From positions 155,434,001 through 155,498,000 of the forward strand of contig OX597815.1 in assembly GCA_951406725.2 (NCBI GenBank): 64,000 bases of DNA, written 5' to 3'. The position numbers and the translations under genes were made by a program. Source of the stretch: Octopus vulgaris (taxonomy: Eukaryota). This document shows, piece by piece, positions 12,773 through 24,700 of this stretch. How positions within the stretch are numbered: the stretch's first letter is position 1; every line of letters starts with the position of its first letter. The notes beneath the pieces were generated by a model. The model made no database searches and was not told the DNA's origin. It worked only from the letters and a program-made list of their open reading frames with translations.

Positions 12773-15700
12773 CTCTCTCTCTCTCTTTCTGCCACTATTT
12801 GTCACACCACCACTGTTTGACAACTGGTGTTGGTGTGTTTGCATCCCCATAACTTAGCACTTCGGTAAAAGAGACCCACAGAATAAGTACTAGGCTTTAA
12901 AAATAAGTACTGGGGCCAATTCATTCGACTAAAATTCCAAAAGCCAGTGCCCCAGCATGGCTGCAATCTAATGATTGAAACAGATAAAAGATATATTTCT
13001 ACTGAAATATTCTGCCTTGTTTTCAAATAATTTTTAAAACAAGGAAAACATTCATAAAATTATTTTGTCATTATTAAGATGATATTTGGAACAAAATTAC
13101 ATGAAATTTTGTTGAAAGATTTTAATTTAGATAACTTTAGCATTTCATCATTTAGATAGGAATGATCAATAACTATTTGCCAATATAATAGACTAAACCC
13201 CATGACAAAATTTCTAACAAGGTGTTTATCTTATAAACCATTATTATAATTAATAATAAGGTGGCAAGCTGGTAGAGTTGTTAGCACACTGGACGAAATG
13301 CTTTGCGGTATTTTGCCTATTGCTACATTCCAAGTTCAAGTTCTAAAGAGATCGACTTTGTTTTTCATCCTTTCAGAGTTGATAAGCTACCAGTTGCCCT
13401 CTCCCCACAAAATTTCAGGCCTTGTGCCTAGAGTAGAAAAGATTATCATCATTATTATTATTAATAATAATAAGGCGGCAAGCTGGCAGAATTGTTAGCC
13501 TGCAAGACAAAATGCTTAGCGGCGAGCTGGCAGAAACGTTAGCACGCCGGGTGAAATGCGTAGCCGTATTTCGTCTGCTGTTACGTTCTGAGTTCAAATT
13601 CCGCCGAGGTTGACTTTGCCTTTCATCCTTTCAGGGTTGATTAAATAAGTACCAGTTACGTACTGGGGTCGATGTAATTGACTTAATCCATTTGTCTGTC
13701 CTTGTTTGTCCCCTCTGTGTTTAGCGCCTTGTGGGTAGTAAAGAAATAGGTATTTTGCCTGTTGTTACATTCCAAGTTCAAATTCTGCAGAGGTCGACTT
13801 TGCCTTTCATAACTGGTACTTATTTAATCGACCCCGAAAGGATGAAAGGCAAAGTCGACCTCTGCAGAATTTGAACTTGGAATGTAGCAACAGGCAAAAT
13901 ACCTATTTCTTTATTACTCCTCCCACCAACTTTCTGACCTTGTGCCAAAATTTGAAACCATTATTATTATCATAGGTGGTGGACTGGCAAAATCATTAGA
14001 GTCACACAAAATGGTTAGTGGTATTTCTTCCTGATCTTTATATTCTAAGTTCTAATACCACTGAAATTAATTTTGACTTTCACTCCACCAAGATTGGTAA
14101 AACAAAATACCATTCTATCACAGGAGTCAATGGCAACAACTTGTCTTCAAAATTGTTGTCCTTGTGCCTAATTCAGAAGCATTATTTAGTCTGAGGACAT
14201 CAAAAGTTTTCACAGGTTTTGCAGGCCTTTTCAGATGGCAGGTCTATCCCCATCAAAATATAAATCTGTCAATAGGAGGAGGTTTGTTTGTACTCTCTGC
14301 AGACTAACATTCAAGGTCACCAATCCAAGCAAATAAAATACTCTAAAATTATATATTTTTCCCATTATTTAGCACAGTGAGCTGGATCCAATTCATTGTA
14401 CCAATTGATGGCTATACTTTTGAACTTGGAACTTGCAGCTTGTAGTTCTTAACAGAAAGGTACATGCAAAAGCATGCATTTTGAATCTTTTGAATTAAGC
14501 ATTTTATTAGGAACCAGTACTAGAATTTCAGAGTAAGTTCTGATGCTTCAGAATCCAAAAAGATAAATATTGTGCCCATGATCCCCAAGGGATTAATGAA
14601 AATATTAGAGCAACAAATCGAACTAAACAAAATACACTGATATTTATTTTGCTGACAAAACAACCTTTGCATACTTCATGGCACTGTTTTGTGCAATTTT
14701 GTGACTGGCCACAGAGGCTTAAATTTAAAAGAGATAAAATTATTTGGGGTAACAAAGCTGATACCAAATCACAAACTTCTGATCTTTGATCAAAGAGAAC
14801 AGAAAAAGGAAAACAACAATGTTAAGTTACGAAATCAAATATTTCTAAAGTGTCACATTTTTCTAGCTTAGAGTTGTGGAGGCATATGGCCTAGTGGTTA
14901 GAGCAACGGACTCGCAGTCGAGGGTTCAAATCTCAGACCGGGCGATGTGTGTGGTTATGAACGAAACACCTAAGCTCCACGCGGCTCCAGTAGAAGGTAA
15001 TGGTGAACTTCTACTGACTCTTTCACCACAACTTTCTCTCACTCTTTCCTCCTGCATCTTGCAGATCACCTGCGATGGATCGGCGTCCCATCCAGATGGG
15101 GAACCTATACGCCAAGGAAACCAGCCCTTATAAGACAGGCGTGGTTCGAGAAGGAACAAACAAAAAGCTTAGAGTTGAGTAACTAAGGCAGAAACTGGAC
15201 CCATCAATAACCATCACTAAAAATCTTATTTGAAGCAACATCTTTGCCTTTTCATGCTTTTCATTCTTCCTGAATGAGTAAACTAAATGTACCAGTCTAG
15301 TTTAGAGAGTAGGCAGTGATTAGATAGCCTAGACGAAACCCAAAATTCATGGGTTCTTGTGACTGTGAAATTATTCAAATTATTTCAATACAGAATTCTT
15401 TATACAACGTAGACAGTCTACATCACACATGCTTCCTGGTTCAACGCCTCTACTTGATCTTTGGGTGCCTTTAACAGTATACTCTAATCTAGCATTTGAA
15501 CAAGACACTGGTTCCCACTCTATTCACAGCTTTCCTATAGAACAGCACATAACAGATATTCAAGTTAAGTAGCGACTGCAACAGTTTTAGCAATTTGAGA
15601 GGATGTATAAGAGTGATGAACACCACTCCTGTCCACCAAGACTAACTTATGAAAAAAAAAAAAAACTAAAAACAACTGAAGTCTAAAAGGAGCACTGTGG

Positions 15701-18700
15701 AAACTGAAAGGTTTTTGTTAGGTTTTCTTCTTTTAGCTGAAATAGGAGAAGAGTGCTGATACCATTTTTTTTTGGCCCCAGTGGAAGGAACGAAGATGAT
15801 AAGATGGATAAAATTTTACCTCACGGCGGATGTTCGAAATTTCGAATAAATCTCCAATTGAATGTCCAACATCCTGGAGAGTTTGAGACATCTTCTTCTT
15901 CTTGGCTGGGCCATTATCCATGACCGCCTGCAGAGATAAAAAACATAAAAGTGGAGTAACTTTCAAAGTGTTGAAGGGTAAAAAATAGAGAAAACAAAGC
16001 AGTAACTATTGAATCAGAAAATGTGTTTCTTTCAATACAATGTAAAGCTTTTATAAAAGCAAGACATGGTTGCCCAGACTGATTTCAGTATCTTACATGT
16101 ACTTCTTTTATTTGAGCAGGGAGCAATTAAAAGTAAAAGTAAATTGAAGTCAAAATTAAACATCCAAAGAAGGTGGCAACAACCAGGTAGAGCCGAGAGG
16201 TTTTTTTGGGGGATTTTCACTGATCTTTACAATTTGTATCGCCATGTTATATCATTAACTTGATACAACTTGTCTAATTAGAGCCATTTTATACTATCTT
16301 ATATAACTAAGACAAGCTAGGTGACAAGTGTACATAACTTGAAGAGAAGCGAAATGCAGGTTTGTTAGTGTTCTGCAATGAGAGTAACTGGAGTGGAAAG
16401 TATTTTGGATTGTGAAGCAGTATGTCAAGGCAAATCTAGATGTAGTTGGGAAATAGCACACTTAACCTTACTAATGCTGATGAAGAAGAGGATTTAAAAT
16501 GTTATAAGAAACTGTGGCATGCAGAAAATATAAGTGAGGGAAAAATGAAAATACTGCTAAGAGTACTTACAGAAGGATTAGCAATTGAATCGGACAGCTT
16601 TATGGTTAAAATGGCCATAAAGGATATGCTTGGGTTGACATAAATATATTTATTTAAAACCTAATATATCTTGACTTCAACATTTAAGTTTGATATGTCA
16701 AAATATTTTCGTCGCTATAAGACCGCGAACTGTTCACTGACAAAAATCCGTGCTGTTGCACGGATTTTTGTCAGTGAACAGGTCACAGTCTTATAGCGAC
16801 GAAAATATTTTGACATATTAAATTTAAATGTTGAAGTGAATCGAATGGCTTTTGTGTGTTTCTTAAATGGCTTACAAACACCTTCCACACTGCAATTGTT
16901 TTTGTTTCAGCACACGATCTCAGATCAAACCACTTGCTATGCAAATACATCTCCCTAATATATCTTAAAGCTAAAGAAAAATCACATTTAACTTACAGTG
17001 TAATCAGGTCCCATGGCTAGTATAGCATGGCCTGTGAGGGTAGCAATTGTGAAAATATGAGCATTTTTCACACCTTTAGCCTGTACAGAGAAAGAAATAG
17101 AAACACATTTAAGCAACAATTATTCACACATTTAAATAACAAAATAGTTAGCCACACATTTTGAATATATTTTGATATATAGTATAAGACGCTAGGCACA
17201 TACATGACCTGGAATAGACACTATTTCTCGTTTTGCAGTTTGATGCATTGGTGTAAAGATGTCTGCTTGGCTCAAAATGTAATCATGCACCATAGAACTG
17301 ACCAGGAGAGAAACGTGGACTTATCAATTCAAATAGAGCAATGTAAAGGAATGGTCTCAAACTTGATGATGGTCATACAAAGGACATTGTCACTGGAAAC
17401 TGAAGGGGCTTCAAATGAAACAGTAAAGCTGATGTCATGAATGAAAATCACTTCTCCCTTGATAGAACCAGTCATAATGATGGCTTCAATCACATAGAGC
17501 ATAAGAGCTTTGATTATAGCTTTGTACCATTATAGAGTTTGGGGGCATCCAAATTTCATAATGTGCGTGCTCCTACTTTCAGTTGCTGATTGTGAGGTTA
17601 AATGCTTGTGGGTTGAAAAGAACTGAGAACTTATATTGGATAGCAAACATCATTCATCATATCAATTACATTTCGAACTCAATTGTACTATCAACCAGGC
17701 AAGTATCTGTTAAACGACAGTGACATGAATATCCTTCACAATATCATTTTTGGGAGCCGGGACACCACATTGACAAAGCCACTTGTGTTTATTATAATTC
17801 TGTGAGAGGATAGGAAACTTTCAGTAGCATTTCTTCAGATGTGTCAATGACTGATCAACAATATCTCGGTATTTTGACATCTCATGGTTCAGTGGTTAGA
17901 GTGTCAGACTATTAGTCATGAAGTTGTTGGTTCGATTCCCAGACCAGGCAGTGTGTTCTTGAGCAAGACACTTTATTTCATGTTGCTCCAGTTCACCCAA
18001 CTGTAGAAATGAGTTGCAATGTCACTGGTACCAAGCTGTATCAGTCTATGCCTTTCTCTTGGACAACATCAGTGGCATGGAAAGGGGAGGCTGGTATGCA
18101 TGGGTGACTGTTGGTCTTCCATAAACAACCCTGCCCAGACTTGTGCACCTTCTAGGTGCAATCCCATGGTCATTTGTGACTGAAGGGATTCTTTAACCTT
18201 TTGACATTTCTACTGACTTAATAATATGTTATAGTTCCTGAGTGTTCTAATTTCATTTTGTGGTATCACAAGTTCCTTCAGGAAAGGCATGACAATCCCT
18301 TTCATAAACATCATACTTTCAAGAACAACACATTTAAAACCATCATACATCTTAATCTTTTTGACACCAGACCACCACTGGTTCTATGATACAAAACTGT
18401 ACTTTCATGGTAACACTATATAACACAAGGCCAAAAGAGCAATTTCCTTTCCTTTTTTCATTAATTTTCTTTTTTTAAGCTTATAAACATTTCAGCCCTA
18501 AACAAGTGATCTTATTATAAATGATGCAAGCTCAATCAACACAAAACAATTACAGATTTGGAGCTATGCTCTCAATATGTTCACCAGCATTCTGGTCTAC
18601 AATCAAAACAAGAATAATTACATACCTGTTCTTTCATGTAACACAACAAATCAGCCATCACCATTCTTCCTTCGGCATCAGTGTTACCAACACGAACCCG

Positions 18701-21700
18701 GACATTGGAGCGAGAGGTAACGATCTCATCGGCAACATAGCCATCTATAAAAGAATTCAATGAATAAATTAGGAAAATAACCAATAAAACAGTTATGAGC
18801 ATCATTATCATCAACATTTAATACCCATTTTCAATGCTGGAATGGGTTAGATGGTTTGACTGGAGCTGGCAAGCCAGAGTGCTGCACCAAGACCCAGTCA
18901 TCTGTTTTGGCTTCGTTTCTACAGCTGGATGCCCTTCCTAATGCAAACCACATTACAGAGTGTACTGGGTGCTATTTACAAGTCACCAGCACTGGCCACA
19001 ATTTCACTTAGCTTGATGCATCTTCCCAAACACAGTGTCGCCGGAAGCCTTGGTCATTTGTCACCACCTCCATGAAACTTGCAATATATATATATATAAA
19101 TATATATATATTAAATAAATGCAAATTTGTTACACTTCGTTATACTCATAAAACAGGCATGTATGGCTATGTAGTTGTAGATCCACCAAATTTCCCTTAA
19201 ACTATACAATGAAACCACAGGTCTTTAATCCTAAAAGATAGATACTCTCCAACAAAAAAAAATGTCATATTACAGATCAGTGAAGAAGTATTCAAATAAT
19301 TGCCTTACTGTCTTAGAAGCAGACATTGAATAATGTAGTCCTAGAAACACTATGTGGGAATAAAAGATGGATGGTCATAACTGAACAATATTTGATTAAA
19401 CAGAATAAAACAAAAAAAGACAATAGAATTAAGAAAATTGATCAGAAAACCTTAATAAAAAAAAAGCACTAAAATTCAATGTAATAATAATAATCTTTAA
19501 ATTTGTAATGTTATTTTAAATACTGCATGTCTATCTTTTTGTCTATGTTTCCTATGAATTATATTTTAAAGGGTAAGAAATTGTTTCACAATTAGATGCT
19601 CTTCCAAATAAAATGGGAGATTATTAGGAAGGTTAAATAACTGTAGCAGATAAATTGAACCTCACTAAACGAGGCAACAAACTGAATTTGGTTGGACAAT
19701 GTGATCAGATGCCTAACAGTTCACCATCATTTAATGTCCACTGTCCATGCTGGAGTTTGATTTAGCATGGTTTCTATTGGTGGATGCCTTCCTAATGCCA
19801 ACCAGTCTGAGGGTGTAATGGGTGCTTGTCATGTACCACTGGCATGGGTGTCATTTACATACCAGCAACAGCATGACTACAATTTCACAGGTACCATTTA
19901 CAGGACACTAGCAACAACCATGACTACGATTTCACCTGGCTTGATGAGTCTTCTCAAGCACAACCATATGTGAGATCTACTTCGAATGGCTTTCACATTC
20001 CCCAGACTTGACTAACCCGAATTTTTTTCTTGTGGAGATACCTGAAAGACAGGGTTTACGTCAACAAACTGGAAACCCTGGTGCAACAAAGAGAACATCA
20101 ATAGAGAAATCATAGAAGTGGGGTCTGAAACTCTTGAGAGTGTTATGGTGTAAGTTTTGGAAAGAGCACAAGCATGCAAAGCCATAAATGGCTGCCATTT
20201 AAGTGATGTCATTTTCTATGTGATGTGGTGATGTTGCAAAATTTGACTTGTGCATATTAATTTCCATTATGTCCTTTATATTGTATCAAATTTTCATACA
20301 TTTATTTGTAAAGTTAAGAAAGTTATTAAAAATTAAAACCCATCAGTGACTTTTGGGACACCCTGTAGAAGCAAAAATAACAGGTAACATTGACCGATAA
20401 AAGTGAGAAACAGACAGACAGCCAACTAGCCAGACAGCTTACCTGGTCCAACACTGTTTCGTACCATAGACATGGATCCAGTTACCTTTATGCCTTTAGG
20501 TTTCAAAATAGATAATACCTGCAATGAAAGACAGATTACACAATTACAAGTAAATTCGATAGGGGAGTTAAAGACACTTATTACACACCACAATCAATCT
20601 TCAAAAGCATTCATTCAGTTTGGTTCAGCTCAGCCAAGGATGATGCTCTACCTGCTTTACCCAAGGGAGTTTGTCCCGAAGTTCACCCAAATGCACACAG
20701 CCCAGATAGGGATACAGCTCACCCAATATCACTCCACACACACACACACACACACAGTGGCCAACCTTAACAGCCACTACAATATCAATGAAAATAAATT
20801 TCTTACCTTAAAGAATCCAGCTACTGCTGCTGCTCCACATTTATCACGGTGCATACCAGCCATATGGCCACCAGCTTTGATATCGTGGCCACCAGTGTCA
20901 TAAGTGATGCCCTGCATAAGCACAAAAATAAAGTTTAAAATATTTGATCACATTAATAATCCTTTCTACAATAGGTACAAGGCCTGAAATTTTACAGGAG
21001 CGGGTAAGTTGATCACATCGACCCCAGTATTTCCCTGGCACTTAATTTTTCAACCCTGAAAAGTTGAAAGGCAAAGTCGACCTCGGTGGAAATTGAACTC
21101 AGAACGTAGCAGCAGACGAAATACCGCTAAGCATTTTGCCTGGCATGCTAACAATTCTGTCAGCTTGCTGCCTTAATAATAATCGAATATTTTATCCAGT
21201 GTCACTTTGATGGCATGCACTGCTTTCTCACTCAATAATAATAATGATTTCTAACATAGAAACAAGACCACAACTTTTGTGGGCCAAGTATACAGCTGAG
21301 TAAATAAAAGCCCATAATTGATTTGTAGGCAGCAAACTATCAGTCAGAGCTCTGAATTCAAATTCCACTTACATTGAATTTCATCCATTCAGGTTTAATC
21401 AACAAAGAGAAAGTACTCATAAAAGGACAAGTAGATTTCTAATATCTAATAAGTACTTTACTATTGGGAGTTCAAATATCACTTAGGTTGTTGGTGGGGA
21501 CTAAATAAAGTCAGTATTAAATTACAATGTTGTAATCAAAATCCCAACAAGGTGATATTTGCATTTTAAATATATTTAAAATGCAATATTAAATTTTAAA
21601 TTTAAAAAAATTTTTAATTTAAACATTTAAAAAAAAATTTTAAATGCAATTTTAAATATATTCAAAATCCCAACAAGGTGATATTTGCATTTTAAAGTCT

Positions 21701-24700
21701 GGTGGGGGGTCAATAGAATTAAGCAGGTCTTTCTTTCTTTGTCAGGGGCTCCTCAGAGTGGTGGAGAAAGGTTTAGTGTGACCATGATGAGGACACTCCC
21801 TTCTTGGTCTTTTCAAGGTTGTTGATTCTGAGAGTAAGAAAGAAAGGAAAAGAGAGAAGTAGCACTAACACTAGTGATACAGATCAAAATGGCTATCAAA
21901 TCTCACATACAACCACAATATATAATGTTGATTTCATCCTCGGGTGTGTATACAGTAATGCCTGGATATTAAAGTTAATTTCTTTCCAGAGACCACTCAT
22001 AAAGCAAAATCTCATAAAATAGACCAATAATTTCTCATAGTAGCAATGTTATAAATCATAATTCATTCCCAGAAAACTATTTTACCAATAAAATCTATAA
22101 CACTCATGAATAAATGACAATAAAACAACAGTAGAATGGAAAGAATATTTTATCTAAAGTAAAAAGAATGTCAAGATCATTTATAATAAAAAACATTATT
22201 ATAATCCAGTTCTATATTTAAGAGATGAGGAATTATGTACATTATTTACATTTGACGGATATTTGTCATCATCTTGTTTGTTGTTAACACATTTTGGCTG
22301 ATATACCCTCCAACCGTCGTCAGGTGTCTTTGGGAAATTTAGAACTTGGGTTCTCATTCCTAAGGTGTTATTATTACTATTATTATTATTAATATTATTG
22401 TTATTATTCAGGTCACTGCTTGGAATTGAACTCAGAATCTTGTGATTAAGAGTGCAGGCTACTAACCCCAAGATTCCAAGTTCGATTCCAAGCAGTGACC
22501 TGAATAAAAACAATGATAATAATAATAATAATAATAATAAGAACCCATACCTTTGAAATTTCCCCAAGACACCTGATGAAGGCTGGAGGGTATATTGGCC
22601 GAAATGTTATGTTAACAACAAACAAGATGAGGACAAATATCCATCAAATGTAAATAATGTATTATTATAATCGTTTTCTGAATCACTTTCACTTGCACTA
22701 GACACCATCACTTGTAGACGTGATCACCAATTCACAAGCACTTGTAAACAGACTAGTAGATTTCTTTTTAAAAACCAGGTCTAGAATTGTTTGCTTAGAA
22801 GCTATTATTCCGTTGCTATGTGCAGCTGTGTAGACACATCAGAACCAGTGTTGCAACATGTTGCAATGTTGCGACACACACACAAAATGGTTGTTTAATC
22901 TTCTTATATCTATTGTAAAATCATCAATCATAATTGCTTAATGTCCGCTTTCCATGCTAGCATGGGTTGGACGATTTGGCTGAGGTCTGGCGAACGAGAT
23001 GGCTGCACCAGGCTCCAATCTGATCTGGCAGAGTTTCTACAGCTGGATACCCTTCCTAACGCCAACCACTCCAAGAGTATAGTGGGTGCTTTTACATACT
23101 ACTGGCACGAGGGCCAGTCAGGCAGTACTGGCAACAGCCACGTTCAGATGGTGCTTTTTATGTGCCACCTGCACAGGAGCCAGTCCAGCGGCACTGGCAA
23201 CGACCTCGCTCAAATGTTTTTTCACATGCCACCATCACAAGTGCCAGTAAGGCGACGCTGGTAACGATCACACTTGAATGGTACTTTTCACATGCCACTG
23301 GCACAGAAGCCAGTTAGCTGCTCTGGCAACGATCACACTCGGATGCTGCTCTTAGCGCTGCACCAGCACAGAAGCCAGTAAGCTGCTCTGGCAACGATCA
23401 CACTCGGATGGTGCTCTTAGCACTCCACTAGCATGGATGCTAGTCATCGAATTTGATTTCAAAACCCAGGGTCTCATACAGTGGGTCCTAGTAAAGTGAA
23501 GTGCTATTGTATGTATCTATTTGTGTATGTATATATATGGTTGGGCAAGAGCATGTGAAGAAGAACAACCTTAATTGAGCAGTCAAATTCAATAATTGTG
23601 GCAACCTACCTCATAGAAACAGCTGTTTTTTATGCTATATTTTGGGGTTTCTTTACATTTTTGTTTAGCTTTTCCTACAAACTTCAACCATAATTTGGGA
23701 GCACTGAAAAGCTTATTTCATAGAAATTTGATACAAATAAATCCCAAACTAAAGTATTCGGCAACACAACTGCTAATAATGAAATAATAAAAATACCTTT
23801 CCAACAAGATAGACATTTTCTTCAGTAGATCCACTGCCAGTGTATTCCAATAAGAGGACTCTTGCTGCATGACGCTCCAAGTCTTAAAATACATAAAAAT
23901 ACTTTTTTAAATGAACATTGGCATAAGAATAGAAACCTTGCAAAAAGAATTTGTACATAAGCACAGGCACGGCTGTGTGGCAGGAAGCTTGCTTCCCAAC
24001 CAAATGTTTCTGGGTTCAGTCCCATTGTGTGGTACCTTGAGCCTCAGGCTGATCAAAACTTTGGATTTGGTAGATGGAAACTGAAAGAAGCCCATCATCA
24101 TCATCATCGTTTAACATCCACTTTCCATGCTGGCATGTGATGGATGGTTTGACTAAGCACTGGCAAGCCAGAAGGCTGTACTAGGCTCCAGTCTGATCTG
24201 GCAAGGTTTCTACAGCTGGATGCCCTTACTAACACCAACCATTCGATGAATGTAGTGGGTGTTTTTTACATGCCACCAGCTCAGGAGACAATTAGGCAGC
24301 ACTGGTAATGACCATGCTCGAATGGTGCTTTTTATATGCTACCGAGATGGGTGCCAGTTAGGCGTTACTGGCGTCGGCCATGACAATAACTTCACTTGAC
24401 TCAACAGGTCTTCACAAGCACAGTTTATTGCCCAATGATTGAATGGTACTCTTAAATGGGCCAGTTATGTTGCACTGGCATAGGCCAGAGTTATGGTCTG
24501 ACTTGGCTTGTTGGGGCTTCTTATGTCCAACTTTTCTCTCAGGGCACTTACACTGTCATCTATGCACACTGACATTACACATCTAGCAGAGCATACTAGC
24601 TTCATTTCTTGCAAGCTTACGCATGTCCTCAGTGGTCAAGGCTAATGTTTCACTGCCATGTAGCATGGCTATTCACACACATGCATCATACAGTCTACCT

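Larger units (their letters stand above)
16673..16953 (+). mobile_element. fold-back PLE-like non-autonomous element with 13-bp TSD
   Basis: Palindrome 16674-16837 (centre 16755/16756) plus an unpaired right extension. Direct repeat cctaatatatctt at 16660-16672 and 16954-16966. Confidence 0.8.

Noticed and set aside
14170-14240. Possible decayed HHRs here and at ~23550-23636, 28075-28170, 42165-42225, 50798-50875, 61225-61280
   Set aside because: Only partial core matches with poor helices; cannot be distinguished from chance by eye.
20472-20903. 143-aa plus-strand ORF
   Set aside because: Antisense shadow of aminopeptidase exons 10-11 plus intron.
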